Assembly: GCA_032249135.1 (NCBI GenBank)
Contig: JAVVGL010000016.1
Location: 1-46,123 of the forward strand
DNA length: 46,123 bases
Origin: Candidatus Calescibacterium sp.
GTDB lineage: Bacteria > Calescibacteriota > Calescibacteriia > Calescibacteriales > Calescibacteriaceae
Reading direction: 5' to 3'
In this document: positions 1 to 10,463 of the stretch, piece by piece
Numbering within the stretch: the stretch's first letter is position 1
Layout of the letters: each line of letters opens with the position of its first letter
Made by a program: the position numbers and the translations under genes
Notes under the pieces: model-generated
Database searches by the model: none
What the model saw: only the letters and a program-made list of their open reading frames with translations
Told to the model about the DNA's origin: nothing

Positions 1-55
1 TTGTCTTTTAATATACACCAGCTGATGGGAGGTAAAATTTGATGGGAACTAGGGT
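1..55 (+). mobile_element. Probable right end of an IS982-like insertion sequence (3' end of an ORF plus terminal inverted repeat), cut by the window edge
   Basis: Frame 1 reads LSFNIHQLMGGKI* (TGA at 40-42). The reverse complement of 36-55 is ACCCTAGTTCCCATCAAATT, and 5'-ACCC termini are typical of IS982-family TIRs. Bases 34-54 recur identically at 44453-44473. Confidence 0.45.
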
Positions 56-76
56 AAATCAAGTTTTACCAAAAGA

Positions 77-1807
77 TTAAGTTTTTTCCCACTTTCTTGA
101 TGGTGGTTCTTTCAGAAGAGGTTTTAGCTCATCTGGTATATCCGGTGTTGGCTCCCTCCTTATCTTCATCTCCCCATCTTCTAACCACACTATGTGATTA
201 TATTTTTCCTCCGGTGGATTAGGATAATCAATTCTTGCATGAGCTCCAATACTATTTCTTCTTTCAAGAGCAGAAATTGTTATAGCTTTTGCACAAAGGA
301 GCATAAATTTCAAATCAAGAGCAAGATGCCAACCAGGATTGAAATGAACATTCCCTGAAACGGAAACAGGAGAATTTGAAAGTTCCTCTATTATTTCAAG
401 GGCTTTCTTCAAGTCTTTCTCCTCTCTAAAAATTCCAACATAGTTTTGCATGGTCTCTTTCAGTCTCTCATGGATCTCGTAAGGGGAAATACCGTTCTTT
501 CTCTCAAAAAATGAAAGGGCTTCCCTTACAACCTTTTCAACCTCATCTTTATCTACCACAGGTTGACGAGATAGAGATTTTGCATACTCGGCAGCAGCTT
601 TGCCCCCCAATTTTCCGAAAACCAAAAGGTCGGAAAGTGAATTACCACCAAGCCTGTTCGCTCCGTGCAATCCAGAAGCAACTTCACCTACGGCAAACAA
701 TCCTGGAACTTTACTCATTTGTGTCTCCGGATCAACTCTCACACCTCCCATACAATAGTGCATAGTTGGAGCAACCTCCATAGGTTGTTTTGTAATGTCT
801 ATTCCCGCAAATTCAAGAAACTGCTTATACATTCCCGGCAATTTTTTCTTCACATACTCAGGTGGTAGATGTGAAACATCAAGATAAACTCCTCCATGCT
901 CTGTTCCTCTCCCCTCCTTTATTTCTGTGTATATAGCTCTTGCTACGAGATCTCTTGTTGAAAGTTCCAATCTTTCTGGATCATATCTTTGCATGAACCT
1001 CTCACCTTTTGAGTTATAAAGTCTTCCACCTTCACCTCTGACTGCTTCTGTGACCAAAATTCCCTGAACACTTGGAGGCCAAACCATTCCTGTCGGATGA
1101 AACTGCGTAAATTCCATATCACGAAGCTCAGCCCCAGCAAGCAGAGCAAGAGCATAACCGGAACCAGTATATTCCCATGAATTAGATGTTATTTTATAAA
1201 TTTTGCCAAGTCCTCCCGTAGCTAAAACTACTGCTTTGGCTTTAAATATAACAAACCTTCCATTTTCCCTCCAATAAGCAAGTGCCCCTGAAATTCTTTC
1301 TCCGTCTTTGAAAAGGTGAATTACTGTACATTCCTGAAATATTTCCACATTATCAAATGAAAGGAGTTTATCTTGTAGCGTTCTTATCATTTCAAGTCCT
1401 GTTCTATCGCCAACATGAACTAGCCTTCTCCACGAGTGCCCTCCGAAAGCCCGCTGCATTATTCTGCCATCTTTTGTTCTGTCAAACAAAGCTCCCCATT
1501 CTTCAAGTTCTTTAACGCATTCTGGTGCAAGTTGAGCATGTTTTAACGCAAACCTCCAATCATTCAAAAATTTCCCACCATACATGGTATCTCTGAAATG
1601 CTCTTTCCAGTTGTCTTGTGGATCAATGTTTCCCAGAGCAGCGGCAATTCCTCCCTCTGCCATAACTGTGTGAGCTTTGCCCAATAAAGATTTACAAACG
1701 ACTCCAACCTTTACTCCTTCCTTTGCAGCTTCTATTGCAGCTCTGAGACCTGCCCCACCTGCTCCTACAACAAGAACATCTAACTCATGAGTTTCATATT
1801 TCTCCAT
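77..1807 (-). CDS. sdhA: Succinate dehydrogenase/fumarate reductase flavoprotein subunit
   Basis: GAGGAG FAD-binding motif, KAHTVMAEGG with the covalent-FAD His, QFHPTG, TEAVRGEGG, HYCMGG, LHGANRLGGNSL. Confidence 0.93.
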   Translation of the reverse strand: MEKYETHELDVLVVGAGGAGLRAAIEAAKEGVKVGVVCKSLLGKAHTVMAEGGIAAALGNIDPQDNWKEHFRDTMYGGKFLNDWRFALKHAQLAPECVKELEEWGALFDRTKDGRIMQRAFGGHSWRRLVHVGDRTGLEMIRTLQDKLLSFDNVEIFQECTVIHLFKDGERISGALAYWRENGRFVIFKAKAVVLATGGLGKIYKITSNSWEYTGSGYALALLAGAELRDMEFTQFHPTGMVWPPSVQGILVTEAVRGEGGRLYNSKGERFMQRYDPERLELSTRDLVARAIYTEIKEGRGTEHGGVYLDVSHLPPEYVKKKLPGMYKQFLEFAGIDITKQPMEVAPTMHYCMGGVRVDPETQMSKVPGLFAVGEVASGLHGANRLGGNSLSDLLVFGKLGGKAAAEYAKSLSRQPVVDKDEVEKVVREALSFFERKNGISPYEIHERLKETMQNYVGIFREEKDLKKALEIIEELSNSPVSVSGNVHFNPGWHLALDLKFMLLCAKAITISALERRNSIGAHARIDYPNPPEEKYNHIVWLEDGEMKIRREPTPDIPDELKPLLKEPPSRKWEKT

Positions 1808-1949
1808 AATGGTAAAAAAATTTAAATTGAAACATTTATTTTAGAGAAAAATAAAGATTTTTTCTACTAGCACCCGTTTTGTACCAATAACCGAACTTTT
1901 GTGAATTAAACGATTTTTACGATGCAGTTCATAAAATTTTCGTAAGTTT

Positions 1950-4580
1950 ATGTTAGAAGGACAATACGATCACAAAAAAATAGAACCTTATTGGAGTGAA
2001 AAGTTTGCCGAAATCTTCAGAGCAAACCCAGATAGTCCCAAAAAAAAGTTCTGCATAACCATTCCGCCACCAAACATAACAGGCTCTCTACATATAGGAC
2101 ATGCACTTAACATGACAATCCAAGATGTGATATCAAGATACAAAAGAATGCAGGGATTTGAAGTTTTATGGGTTCCCGGAACAGACCATGCAGGAATAGC
2201 AACTCAACATGTTGTATCAAGAGAACTTGAAAAAAAAGGACTGAAAAGAGAAGATCTTGGTAGGGAAGAATTTCTCAAATTTGTGGACGAGTGGAGAGAG
2301 TATAGCCAAAAGAGAATAATGGATCAAATGAAAAAATTGTGCTTATCAGTTGATTGGTCAGCAAATAGATTTACTCTTGACGAAGGTTATAGGAAAGCGG
2401 TAGCAAAAGCATTTGCAGAATTATATAAAAAAGGTTTTATATATCAAGGGGATTACATAGTCAATTGGTGCCCATCATGTAAAACTGCTTTGAGCGACCT
2501 TGAAGTAGAATTCGCAGAAGAAAATGGAAAACTTTATTACATCCTTTACCCGTTTGAAAAAGATTCAAAAGAAGGTATTTATGTAGCTACAACGAGACCG
2601 GAAACCCTTCTTGGAGATACAGCGGTAGCAGTTCATCCAGAAGATGAAAGATATAAAGATATAAATGAGGTTTTCGTTCCATTAGTGTGGCGCAAAGTGA
2701 AAGTTATAAGAGATGAAAAAGTTGATATGAACTTTGGAACGGGAGCAGTAAAAATCACTCCATTTCATGACTTTGCTGATTTTGAAATAGCAAGAGAACA
2801 TAACCTTGAAGGAATAAAAATAATGAATGAAGATGGCGTGATAACTTATGGAGATTATGCAGGGCTCGATAGATTTTCCGCAAGAAAGAAGATAGTTGAA
2901 GACTTAGAAAAACTTGGGCTCCTCCAAAAAATAGAAGACTATAAAATAAGAATAGGAAGATGTTATAGATGCAAAACAATAGTTGAACCCCTTGTTTCAA
3001 AACAATGGTTCCTAAAAATGAAAGAACTATCTCAAAAAGCAATAGAAGTTGTAGAAACTGATAAAGTAAAGTTTTTGGCTGAACAATGGAAAAATTTGTA
3101 TCTTTCTTGGATGAGAAACGTAAGAGATTGGTGCATATCAAGGCAGATATGGTGGGGACACCCGATACCAATATCTACATGTAAAAATTGTGGTGAAAAA
3201 TTTCTCAATTCTGATGGGGAGCAAGAATGGAATTTATGTCCAAAATGTGGTTCAGAAAAAGTTGAAAGAGAAAAAGATGTTCTTGATACTTGGTTTTCAT
3301 CTGCTCTTTGGCCATTTGCAGTTCTTGGCTGGCCAGAACAGACAAAAAAACTTAAAGCATTTTATCCAACAGATATTCTTGTCACAGGATTTGATATAAT
3401 ATTTTTCTGGGTCGCAAGAATGATAGTTATGGGACTCTTCTTTATGGGAGATATTCCTTTCAAAAAAGTTTATGTTCACGGACTCATAAGAGATGAAAAA
3501 GGACAAAAAATGTCAAAAACAAGGGGAAATGTTCTTGACCCTCTTGATCTTGTGGAAAAGTATGGCTCTGATTCTTTGAGATTTTCTTTATGTGTTTTAT
3601 CATCACAGATAAAAGATATAAAGTTGTCTGAAAAAACAATAGAGAGCTACTATCATTTTATGAACAAGATATGGAACGCAGCAAAGTTTGTAATTATGAA
3701 TGTAGAAAATCCTAAAAAAAACTTTCAACCAAAAACCCTACCCCAAATGTGGATTCTGGCGAAACTATCTTCTTGCATAGAAAAAGTAAAAGAATATCTT
3801 GAGGATTACAAAATAAATCAAGCTGCAATGGAAATCTACGAATTTTTCTGGAATGATTTTTGCGATTGGTACATTGAAATATCAAAGGTTGAAATGCAAG
3901 ACGAAAAAAAAGCTCAAAGTGCAAAAAACACTCTCTTTTTCGTTCTTGAAACAAGTTTGAGACTTCTTCATCCTTTCTGTCCAGCAATAACATCTCATAT
4001 ATGGGATGAAATGAAAAGAAAATATGATATTGAAAGCGAATCAGAATTTTTATCTTATGCTCCGTTTCCAGATTTTGAATACAAGGAAGAAACTTGTTTA
4101 GAGTTCGGAGAAAAATTAATATCAGTTGTAAAAGAAATAAGAGCAATCAAAGATGAATTGGGATTCAAGTTATCGGATAAAGTTCAAGCAAAAGTACTAA
4201 CGGGAGACGAAAAAGAACTCAAAAGAGTACTGGAAGAAAACATAAAATGGTTGGAGAAACTTTCAGGAGCAAATATAGATATAGTAGAAGGAGAAGAAAT
4301 CCCAGAAGGGTTCATACCTTCTTCCGGTAAGGGGGTAGTCGTTGCGATATCATCTGAGGGGGCAAAATTAAAAGAAAGCATACAAAAAATAAGAAAAGAA
4401 TTAGCAGAAGCAGAAAAGGAGTTTGATAGAGTTAAAAAGAGACTATCAAATTCAGATTTTCTTGAAAAAGCAGATCCAGAAGTTATACAGGAACACAAAA
4501 AGAGATTAGAAGAACTTGGACCGAAAATAGAATTTCTCAGAAAGAGAATTGAAATTCTTTCAAAGTTCGTCCAAAACTGA
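1950..4580 (+). CDS. valS: Valyl-tRNA synthetase
   Basis: PPPNITGSLHIGH, DHAGIATQ, DWCISRQIWWGH, KMSKT, C-terminal coiled-coil arm. Confidence 0.98.
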   Translation: MLEGQYDHKKIEPYWSEKFAEIFRANPDSPKKKFCITIPPPNITGSLHIGHALNMTIQDVISRYKRMQGFEVLWVPGTDHAGIATQHVVSRELEKKGLKREDLGREEFLKFVDEWREYSQKRIMDQMKKLCLSVDWSANRFTLDEGYRKAVAKAFAELYKKGFIYQGDYIVNWCPSCKTALSDLEVEFAEENGKLYYILYPFEKDSKEGIYVATTRPETLLGDTAVAVHPEDERYKDINEVFVPLVWRKVKVIRDEKVDMNFGTGAVKITPFHDFADFEIAREHNLEGIKIMNEDGVITYGDYAGLDRFSARKKIVEDLEKLGLLQKIEDYKIRIGRCYRCKTIVEPLVSKQWFLKMKELSQKAIEVVETDKVKFLAEQWKNLYLSWMRNVRDWCISRQIWWGHPIPISTCKNCGEKFLNSDGEQEWNLCPKCGSEKVEREKDVLDTWFSSALWPFAVLGWPEQTKKLKAFYPTDILVTGFDIIFFWVARMIVMGLFFMGDIPFKKVYVHGLIRDEKGQKMSKTRGNVLDPLDLVEKYGSDSLRFSLCVLSSQIKDIKLSEKTIESYYHFMNKIWNAAKFVIMNVENPKKNFQPKTLPQMWILAKLSSCIEKVKEYLEDYKINQAAMEIYEFFWNDFCDWYIEISKVEMQDEKKAQSAKNTLFFVLETSLRLLHPFCPAITSHIWDEMKRKYDIESESEFLSYAPFPDFEYKEETCLEFGEKLISVVKEIRAIKDELGFKLSDKVQAKVLTGDEKELKRVLEENIKWLEKLSGANIDIVEGEEIPEGFIPSSGKGVVVAISSEGAKLKESIQKIRKELAEAEKEFDRVKKRLSNSDFLEKADPEVIQEHKKRLEELGPKIEFLRKRIEILSKFVQN

Positions 4581-4592
4581 AAATCTTCAACT

Positions 4593-5316
4593 TTACAACT
4601 TCTGCATCACAACTATCCTTTCAATTTTATTGTAGTCTTTTATTGGGGGAAAAATTTTGAATTTCATCTTCTCTGCAAAAGAGAAAATTTTTTCTTTGTA
4701 AATCTTACCAAGTTCTGAAAGTCCAAAGAATTTCAAATCGTCATAGCCGACTTCAAGAAAAATAAAACCTCCTGATGGCAAAACAAATGAAGCCTGCTTT
4801 ATAATTTCAAGAATCTTTTCGCAACCTATTTCTCCACCGAATATAGTATGTGGCGGGTCATCAACCTTTATTTTATCTTTCACTTTCAAAGATACATACG
4901 GCGGATTTGAAACAATAAAATCCGCTTTCTTTATAGGTAAAAGAAAATTACCACAAACAAAACTTACATCTGCCCCTATGATCTTTGAATTATACTTGGC
5001 TAATTTTAAGGCAGCTTTATCTATATCTGTTCCTACAAAGCTATATCTTACTTCAAAAGCTTTCATAATCTTTTCTAATTTTTTGAAGATTGAAATTATT
5101 ATGCAACCACTACCTGTTCCAGCATCAGCAACACAAAAAACTTCTTCTCTTTTGAAATTAGGAGAAGAGTAAAAATAATTTTTTATATAATCTACGGCAA
5201 CTTCAACCAAAATTTCTGTTTCAGGTCTTGGTGTGAAAATTTTGTCTGTGATGAAAAATTGATGTTCAAAAAAATCAACTTTTTTGAGGGTTTCTTTTTT
5301 TTTTAAGGTTCTCCAC
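4593..5316 (-). CDS. prmC: Release-factor glutamine methyltransferase (PrmC/HemK), short form; 5' end is out of frame across an A10 tract
   Basis: DAGTGSG SAM motif and NPPY motif. The frame continues upstream of the listed TTG (5210) through IFTPRPETEIL to a TAG at 5318-5316 with no in-frame ATG/GTG/TTG. A GTG at 5316-5314 becomes in frame if the T10 run at 5295-5304 is T9. Confidence 0.85.
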
Positions 5317-5332
5317 TATGAGAGAGAAAAAA

Positions 5333-5454
5333 GAGCTTGGGAGCGACCTACTCTCCCACGCCCGTGCGGACGCAGTACCATCGGCCCTGGGGGGGAGCCT
5401 GGTCCTGTTCGGAATGGGAAGGCAGGTTTCACCCCCGGTATGGCCCCCAAGCTC
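5333..5454 (-). rRNA. rrf: 5S ribosomal RNA (orphan, divergent)
   Basis: Reverse complement is GAGCUUGGGGGCCAUACCGGGGGUGAAA...CCCAUUCCGAAC...GCCGAUGGUACUG...GGGAGAGUAGGUCGCUCCCAAGCUC. Terminal helix I pairs, the CCGAAC, GAUGGUA and GAGAGUAGG signatures are present, and length is about 122 nt. Confidence 0.95.
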
Positions 5455-5571
5455 AGAAAAAAATTAGACACAGAAAAATAAAAAGAAAAGATTTTCAGAA
5501 AAATTTGTAAAATAATCTCCATTACTTACTTAATTTACTTACCTAGTCAAAAAAAAGAAGGAGGAAAAAGT

Positions 5572-6600
5572 ATGGTTGCAAAACTAACAGAACTTGTATT
5601 CCCAGAAGGAACAAAAATAGATGAAACTGTTCCCGAAAATGCAAGGAGAATGTATCAAAGGTTCTATATCGGTCCCCTTGTAAGAGGTTTTGGTCATACT
5701 ATTGGTAACTCTCTCAGAAGGGTTCTTTTGAGTTCAGTAGAAGGAGATGCAATAGTTGGAATAAAAATAGAGGGAATACCTCACGAGTTTTCAACAATAG
5801 AAGGTGTAAGAGATGATGTTATTACAATAGTTCTACACCTCAAAAGAGTAAGATTAAAAATAAAGGGCAATAAAGATTTCGTTAGAGCCGAAATAAAGGT
5901 AGATAACACAAAATCTGAACATTCTAAAATAGTCACAGCTGGAGATATTCAAGGTCCAGTAGAAATTGTAAATCAAAATCAGTATATAACAGAGGTTATG
6001 CCGAAGTACAAATTTCAGTGTGAGCTTTTTGTTGGGCGAGGTAGAGGATATGTTCCAGCAGATAGGATACAATCCATGTTTGAACTCCCGGCAGGAACAA
6101 TTCCAGTGGATGCGATTTTCAATCCAATAGTTAAAGTAAATTACGAGGTAAGGAATACGATATATCAAGATAGGGCTGATTATGATGAACTTGTATTAGA
6201 TATATGGTCAGATGGAACGAAAACACCTCAGGAAGCATATGAAGAAGCAATAGATATACTACTGGACCATCTTGAAGCACTTAAAACTTATGTTGAAAGA
6301 GGAAAATACGAAAGGGAGAGAAAAGATATAAAAGTATCTAATATTGAAAAGTTTCTTGAAAGAGATGTTCAAGATCTCAATCTTCCAAGAAAAACATATG
6401 AAATTCTCAAGATGCACAACATAAACACTGTTTACGATCTTGTTAAGAAGACAGAAAAAGATCTACTCGCATTACCAAATCTTGGTAGAAGATCGTTGAA
6501 AGAAATAGTGGAAGCTCTCGCAAGAGCTGGTCTTGAACTTGGAATGACAGATGAGCAAATCCAAAAAGTTATAGAAGAAGAAAAAAAGAGGAAGGATTAA
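5572..6600 (+). CDS. rpoA: RNA polymerase alpha subunit
   Basis: GFGHTIGNSLRRVLLSS, HEFSTIEGV, GRGY, alpha-CTD NLGRRSLKEI; SD GGAGG upstream. Confidence 0.97.
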   Translation: MVAKLTELVFPEGTKIDETVPENARRMYQRFYIGPLVRGFGHTIGNSLRRVLLSSVEGDAIVGIKIEGIPHEFSTIEGVRDDVITIVLHLKRVRLKIKGNKDFVRAEIKVDNTKSEHSKIVTAGDIQGPVEIVNQNQYITEVMPKYKFQCELFVGRGRGYVPADRIQSMFELPAGTIPVDAIFNPIVKVNYEVRNTIYQDRADYDELVLDIWSDGTKTPQEAYEEAIDILLDHLEALKTYVERGKYERERKDIKVSNIEKFLERDVQDLNLPRKTYEILKMHNINTVYDLVKKTEKDLLALPNLGRRSLKEIVEALARAGLELGMTDEQIQKVIEEEKKRKD

Positions 6601-6603
6601 AAT

Positions 6604-6981
6604 ATGAGGCACAGAATAAAAGGACGCAAGTTAAAAAGACCTACACCTCACAGGCTTTTACTTTTACGCGGACTTGCTTGCGACCTTATTTTGCACGGCA
6701 AAGTTGAAACTACACTGGCCAAAGCAAAAGAATTGAGAAGGTTTATAGAAAAACTCATAACAAAAGTCAGAAAATTTGATCAAAACAATACGAAATCTCC
6801 GCAATCAATTAACGCAGTAAGGGTAGCAATTTCAAAATTACAGAACAAAAAAGCTGTAAAAAAGCTTATTTATGAGATTGCTCCAAAATACAAAAATGCA
6901 AATGGCGGATATACAAGAATAATAAAAACAAAAAATAGAAAAGGAGATAATGCACAACTTGCTATCATAACCTTTGTGTAA
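6604..6981 (+). CDS. rplQ: 50S ribosomal protein L17
   Basis: MRHR...KL, TTLAKAKELR, GGYTRIIK, RKGDNA; follows rpoA. Confidence 0.97.
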   Translation: MRHRIKGRKLKRPTPHRLLLLRGLACDLILHGKVETTLAKAKELRRFIEKLITKVRKFDQNNTKSPQSINAVRVAISKLQNKKAVKKLIYEIAPKYKNANGGYTRIIKTKNRKGDNAQLAIITFV

Positions 6982-7031
6982 ATTTTGAAAAATTCAACAA
7001 AAATTCAGCTAAATTAAAAACTCACCAGAAA

Positions 7032-9026
7032 TCAAAGTTGCAACATAAGTTTCTTCAATTCTCGTATTTTATCTCTTATTTGAGCTGCCTTTTCAAATTC
7101 AAGAGCTTTTGCATATTCCTTCATCTTCTTTTCTAACTCTCTGATAGTTTCCGGAATCTTTGAAGGAGGTATTTCAGTAACCGGAAATTCAGACCAATCA
7201 ACACCATACCATAAATCTTCTCTACTTCTTGACAAAACAAAAGTTCTTATATCCTTTATCACAGTTTTCGGAGTTATTCCATGCTTTATATTGTATTCCA
7301 TCTGAATTCTCCTCCTCCTTTCCATCTCCTTCACCGCCCTCTCAATAGATTTTGTGATTCTATCTGCATACAAAATAACTTTACTTTCTATATTTCTTGC
7401 AGCTCTTCCGGCTATTTGAATTATTGACCTTTCTGACCTCAAAAATCCCTCATTATCAGCATCTAAAATTGCAACGAGTGCAACTTCAGGGATATCAAGT
7501 CCCTCCCTCAAAAGATTTATACCAACAAGAACATCATAAACTCCCATCCTAAGATCCCTCAAAATGTCCATCCTCTCTACCGTATCTATTTCTGAGTGAA
7601 GATACATAGATTTTATTCCAAGCTGATTGAAGTATTCTGATAACTCCTCAGCCTGCTTTTTTGTTAGGGTCAAAACAAATGATCTCCACCCCTTCTTTTT
7701 TGTTTCAACAACTTCATTAACTACATCTTTTATTTGCTCCTTTGCAGGTCTTACTTCAACCGGAGGATCAACTATCCCAGTTGGTCTGACAATTTGCTCA
7801 ACAATTTGTTCGGCAACTTCAAGCTCCCAATCTCCCGGTGTTGCAGAAACGAAAATAACATGCTTCATAAACTTTTCAAATTCTTCAAATTTTAAAGGTC
7901 TATTATCGTAAGCCGAAGGTAACCTCCATCCATACTCCACAAGATTAAACTTTCTTGTGTAATCGCCCTTATACATAGCTCTAAGTTGTGGAACAGTTAT
8001 GTGACTTTCATCTATAAATATCAGAAAATCATCTTGAAAGTAATCAAATATAGTGAATGGAGGTTCTCCTGGTGCTCTTCCATCAAAATGTCTTGAGTAA
8101 TTTTCTATTCCTTTGCAGTATCCGAAATTTTCAAGCATCTCAAGGTCGTGCTCAACTCTTCTTTTCAGTCTCTCCGCCTCATGAATTTTGCCAGCTTTTA
8201 CAAGTTCATCATATCTTTGTTTTAGTTCTTCTCTTATTGAACACAGAGCTTTTTTAAACTCATCTTGTGGAGCAATGTAATGACTACCAGGAAAAATTTC
8301 AACTTCCCTCAACTTATCTACTACAACCCCAGAAAGCGGATCTATTAGCTTTATAGATTCTATCTCATCTCCGAACATCTCAATTCTCACAGCATAATTT
8401 TCCTCATAAGCCGGGAAGATATCCACTGTGTCTCCTCTCACCCGGAAAGTACTTCTTTTGAACTCCATATCCTGCCTTATATATCCAGCTCCAACGAGTT
8501 TTCTCATAAGTTCAAACATAGAGATTTTCTGATTCTGTCTTAGGGTAATTTTCAAAGCACCATAGTGTTTTGGAGAACCGATATTGTAAATACAAGATAC
8601 AGTTGCTGAAATCACAACATCGTTTCTTATCATAAGTGAGCGCGTCGTTGAATGTCTCAACCTATCTATTTCCTCATTAATAATTGCCTCTTTTTCTATA
8701 TAAAGGTCGTACTCTGGTAAATAAGATTCAGGTTGGTAGTAATCGTAGTATGAGACAAGAAATTCAACAGCATTTTTTGGGAAGAAAGCTTTAAACTCCA
8801 TATATATTTGTCCAGCAAGAGTTTTGTTTGGCTCTATTATAATTGCTGGCATACCAAGCTCCTTTATAACATTTGCCATAGTAAAACTCTTTCCTGATCC
8901 CGTGACACCAAGAAGAACCTGAAATCTCATTCCTTTCCTCACACCTTCAACAAGTTTTTCTATTGCCTTTGGTTGATCACCTGCGGGAGAAAAGGGGGCA
9001 TAAAGCTCAAACTTTGCCCTACCCAT
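7032..9026 (-). CDS. uvrB: Excinuclease ABC subunit B
   Basis: [43 protein letters not shown]-terminal UVR domain. Likely start is ATG 9026 (MGRAKFEL), not 9182. Confidence 0.97.
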   Translation of the reverse strand: MGRAKFELYAPFSPAGDQPKAIEKLVEGVRKGMRFQVLLGVTGSGKSFTMANVIKELGMPAIIIEPNKTLAGQIYMEFKAFFPKNAVEFLVSYYDYYQPESYLPEYDLYIEKEAIINEEIDRLRHSTTRSLMIRNDVVISATVSCIYNIGSPKHYGALKITLRQNQKISMFELMRKLVGAGYIRQDMEFKRSTFRVRGDTVDIFPAYEENYAVRIEMFGDEIESIKLIDPLSGVVVDKLREVEIFPGSHYIAPQDEFKKALCSIREELKQRYDELVKAGKIHEAERLKRRVEHDLEMLENFGYCKGIENYSRHFDGRAPGEPPFTIFDYFQDDFLIFIDESHITVPQLRAMYKGDYTRKFNLVEYGWRLPSAYDNRPLKFEEFEKFMKHVIFVSATPGDWELEVAEQIVEQIVRPTGIVDPPVEVRPAKEQIKDVVNEVVETKKKGWRSFVLTLTKKQAEELSEYFNQLGIKSMYLHSEIDTVERMDILRDLRMGVYDVLVGINLLREGLDIPEVALVAILDADNEGFLRSERSIIQIAGRAARNIESKVILYADRITKSIERAVKEMERRRRIQMEYNIKHGITPKTVIKDIRTFVLSRSREDLWYGVDWSEFPVTEIPPSKIPETIRELEKKMKEYAKALEFEKAAQIRDKIRELKKLMLQL

Positions 9027-9224
9027 TAAAAATAAAAAATAATGAAGGAATACCCAAGAAAATAAAAACTCAAAACTATAAGCACATTTTTTAATGGGAA
9101 AAATAAGATGAATTAAAAGAATAGCCCATGCCTTTAAGTAATCAAGAAAATTTATAAATTCTGTATTAGTAAAATAATTCAAATAACTTAAAAGGTAAAA
9201 ATATTTAAAAAAGGGGAGAAAAAA

Positions 9225-10391
9225 ATGAAAGTAGTATTAGCTTATTCTGGAGGACTTGATACATCGGCTATTTTGGTATATCTCAGAAAGAAAGGATTTG
9301 ATGTTATTGCTTTCTGTGCAAATATAGGACAAGATGAGGATTTTGATCTTGTGAAAAAAAGAGCATTAGAACTCGGAGCAACCAAAGTCATAGTTGAAGA
9401 TCTGCGGGAAGAATTTGCAAAAAATTATATTTTCCCCATGCTCCGGGCAAATCCAGAATATGAAGGTTATCTTCTTGGAACCTCTATCGCAAGACCTGTA
9501 ATAGCAAAAAGACAAGTTGAAATAGCAATTGAGGAAAAAGCAGATGCAGTCGCTCACGGAGCCACTGGAAAAGGAAACGACCAGATAAGATTTGAACTCA
9601 CATACATGAAATTTGCACCTCATCTCAAAATAATTGCTCCATGGCGCGAATGGGAATTCAAATCAAGAAAAGACCTCGTTGACTTTCTCAGAAAAGAAGG
9701 ATTTAATGTATCTTACGAAGAAAAACTTTACAGCATTGACGAGAACCTTATGCACACAAGCTTTGAAGGAGGATTGATTGAGGATATATCTAAACCATAT
9801 CCTGATAATATCTTCAAAAAAGTTATACCACCTGAAAAAGCTAATGATAATGGTGAAGAAGTTGAAATAGAGTTTGAAAGAGGTGATCCAGTGGCTGTCA
9901 ATGGTGAAAGACTATCTTGTGCGCAGATTATTCAAAAACTAAATGAAATAGGTGGAAGAAACGGAATTGGAATAAGAGATGTCGTTGAAACAAGAGCAAA
10001 TGGTATGAAATCAAGGGGTATATATGAAACTCCTGGTGTAGAATGTATTTTATTTGCCAAAAAAGCTCTTGAAGGAATATGCTTAGACGGAAATGTCAGA
10101 AAAATAGCAAGTATGCTTTCTCCTATATATTCTGAACTGGTTTATAAAGGACTATGGTTCTCACCTGAGAGAGAAATTCTCCAAGTTCTATTTGATAAAA
10201 TTTCTGAAAGAATTAACGGTAAAGTCAGATTGAAACTTTACAAAGGAAATTTCAGGATATTGTCCCGTGAATCACCAAATTCACTCTATAAAAAAGAAGC
10301 TGTAAGCTTTGAAACAACGGGAGATATGGTAAAGTGGGCAGAGGGATTCATAAGAACATTAGGACTGAGATTTTTATTAGAAAAGTTTTGA
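9225..10391 (+). CDS. argG: Argininosuccinate synthase
   Basis: [44 protein letters not shown]. Confidence 0.97.
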   Translation: MKVVLAYSGGLDTSAILVYLRKKGFDVIAFCANIGQDEDFDLVKKRALELGATKVIVEDLREEFAKNYIFPMLRANPEYEGYLLGTSIARPVIAKRQVEIAIEEKADAVAHGATGKGNDQIRFELTYMKFAPHLKIIAPWREWEFKSRKDLVDFLRKEGFNVSYEEKLYSIDENLMHTSFEGGLIEDISKPYPDNIFKKVIPPEKANDNGEEVEIEFERGDPVAVNGERLSCAQIIQKLNEIGGRNGIGIRDVVETRANGMKSRGIYETPGVECILFAKKALEGICLDGNVRKIASMLSPIYSELVYKGLWFSPEREILQVLFDKISERINGKVRLKLYKGNFRILSRESPNSLYKKEAVSFETTGDMVKWAEGFIRTLGLRFLLEKF

Positions 10392-10463
10392 AATTTATAT
10401 AATCTGAACAAAAGTTGATAGAAAAAAAGAAAATTGAATTTTGTAATTTGATTCATTTAGGCT

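Noticed and set aside
5284-5522. ORFs 5284-5481(+) and 5316-5522(-)
   Set aside because: They overlap the 5S rRNA gene and are spurious translations
9027-9182. 52-aa hydrophobic N-terminal extension of UvrB
   Set aside because: Homology starts at MGRAKFEL (9026); the extension is AT-rich divergent-promoter DNA
9027-9224. ARG box upstream of argG
   Set aside because: Only partial half-sites in very AT-rich DNA
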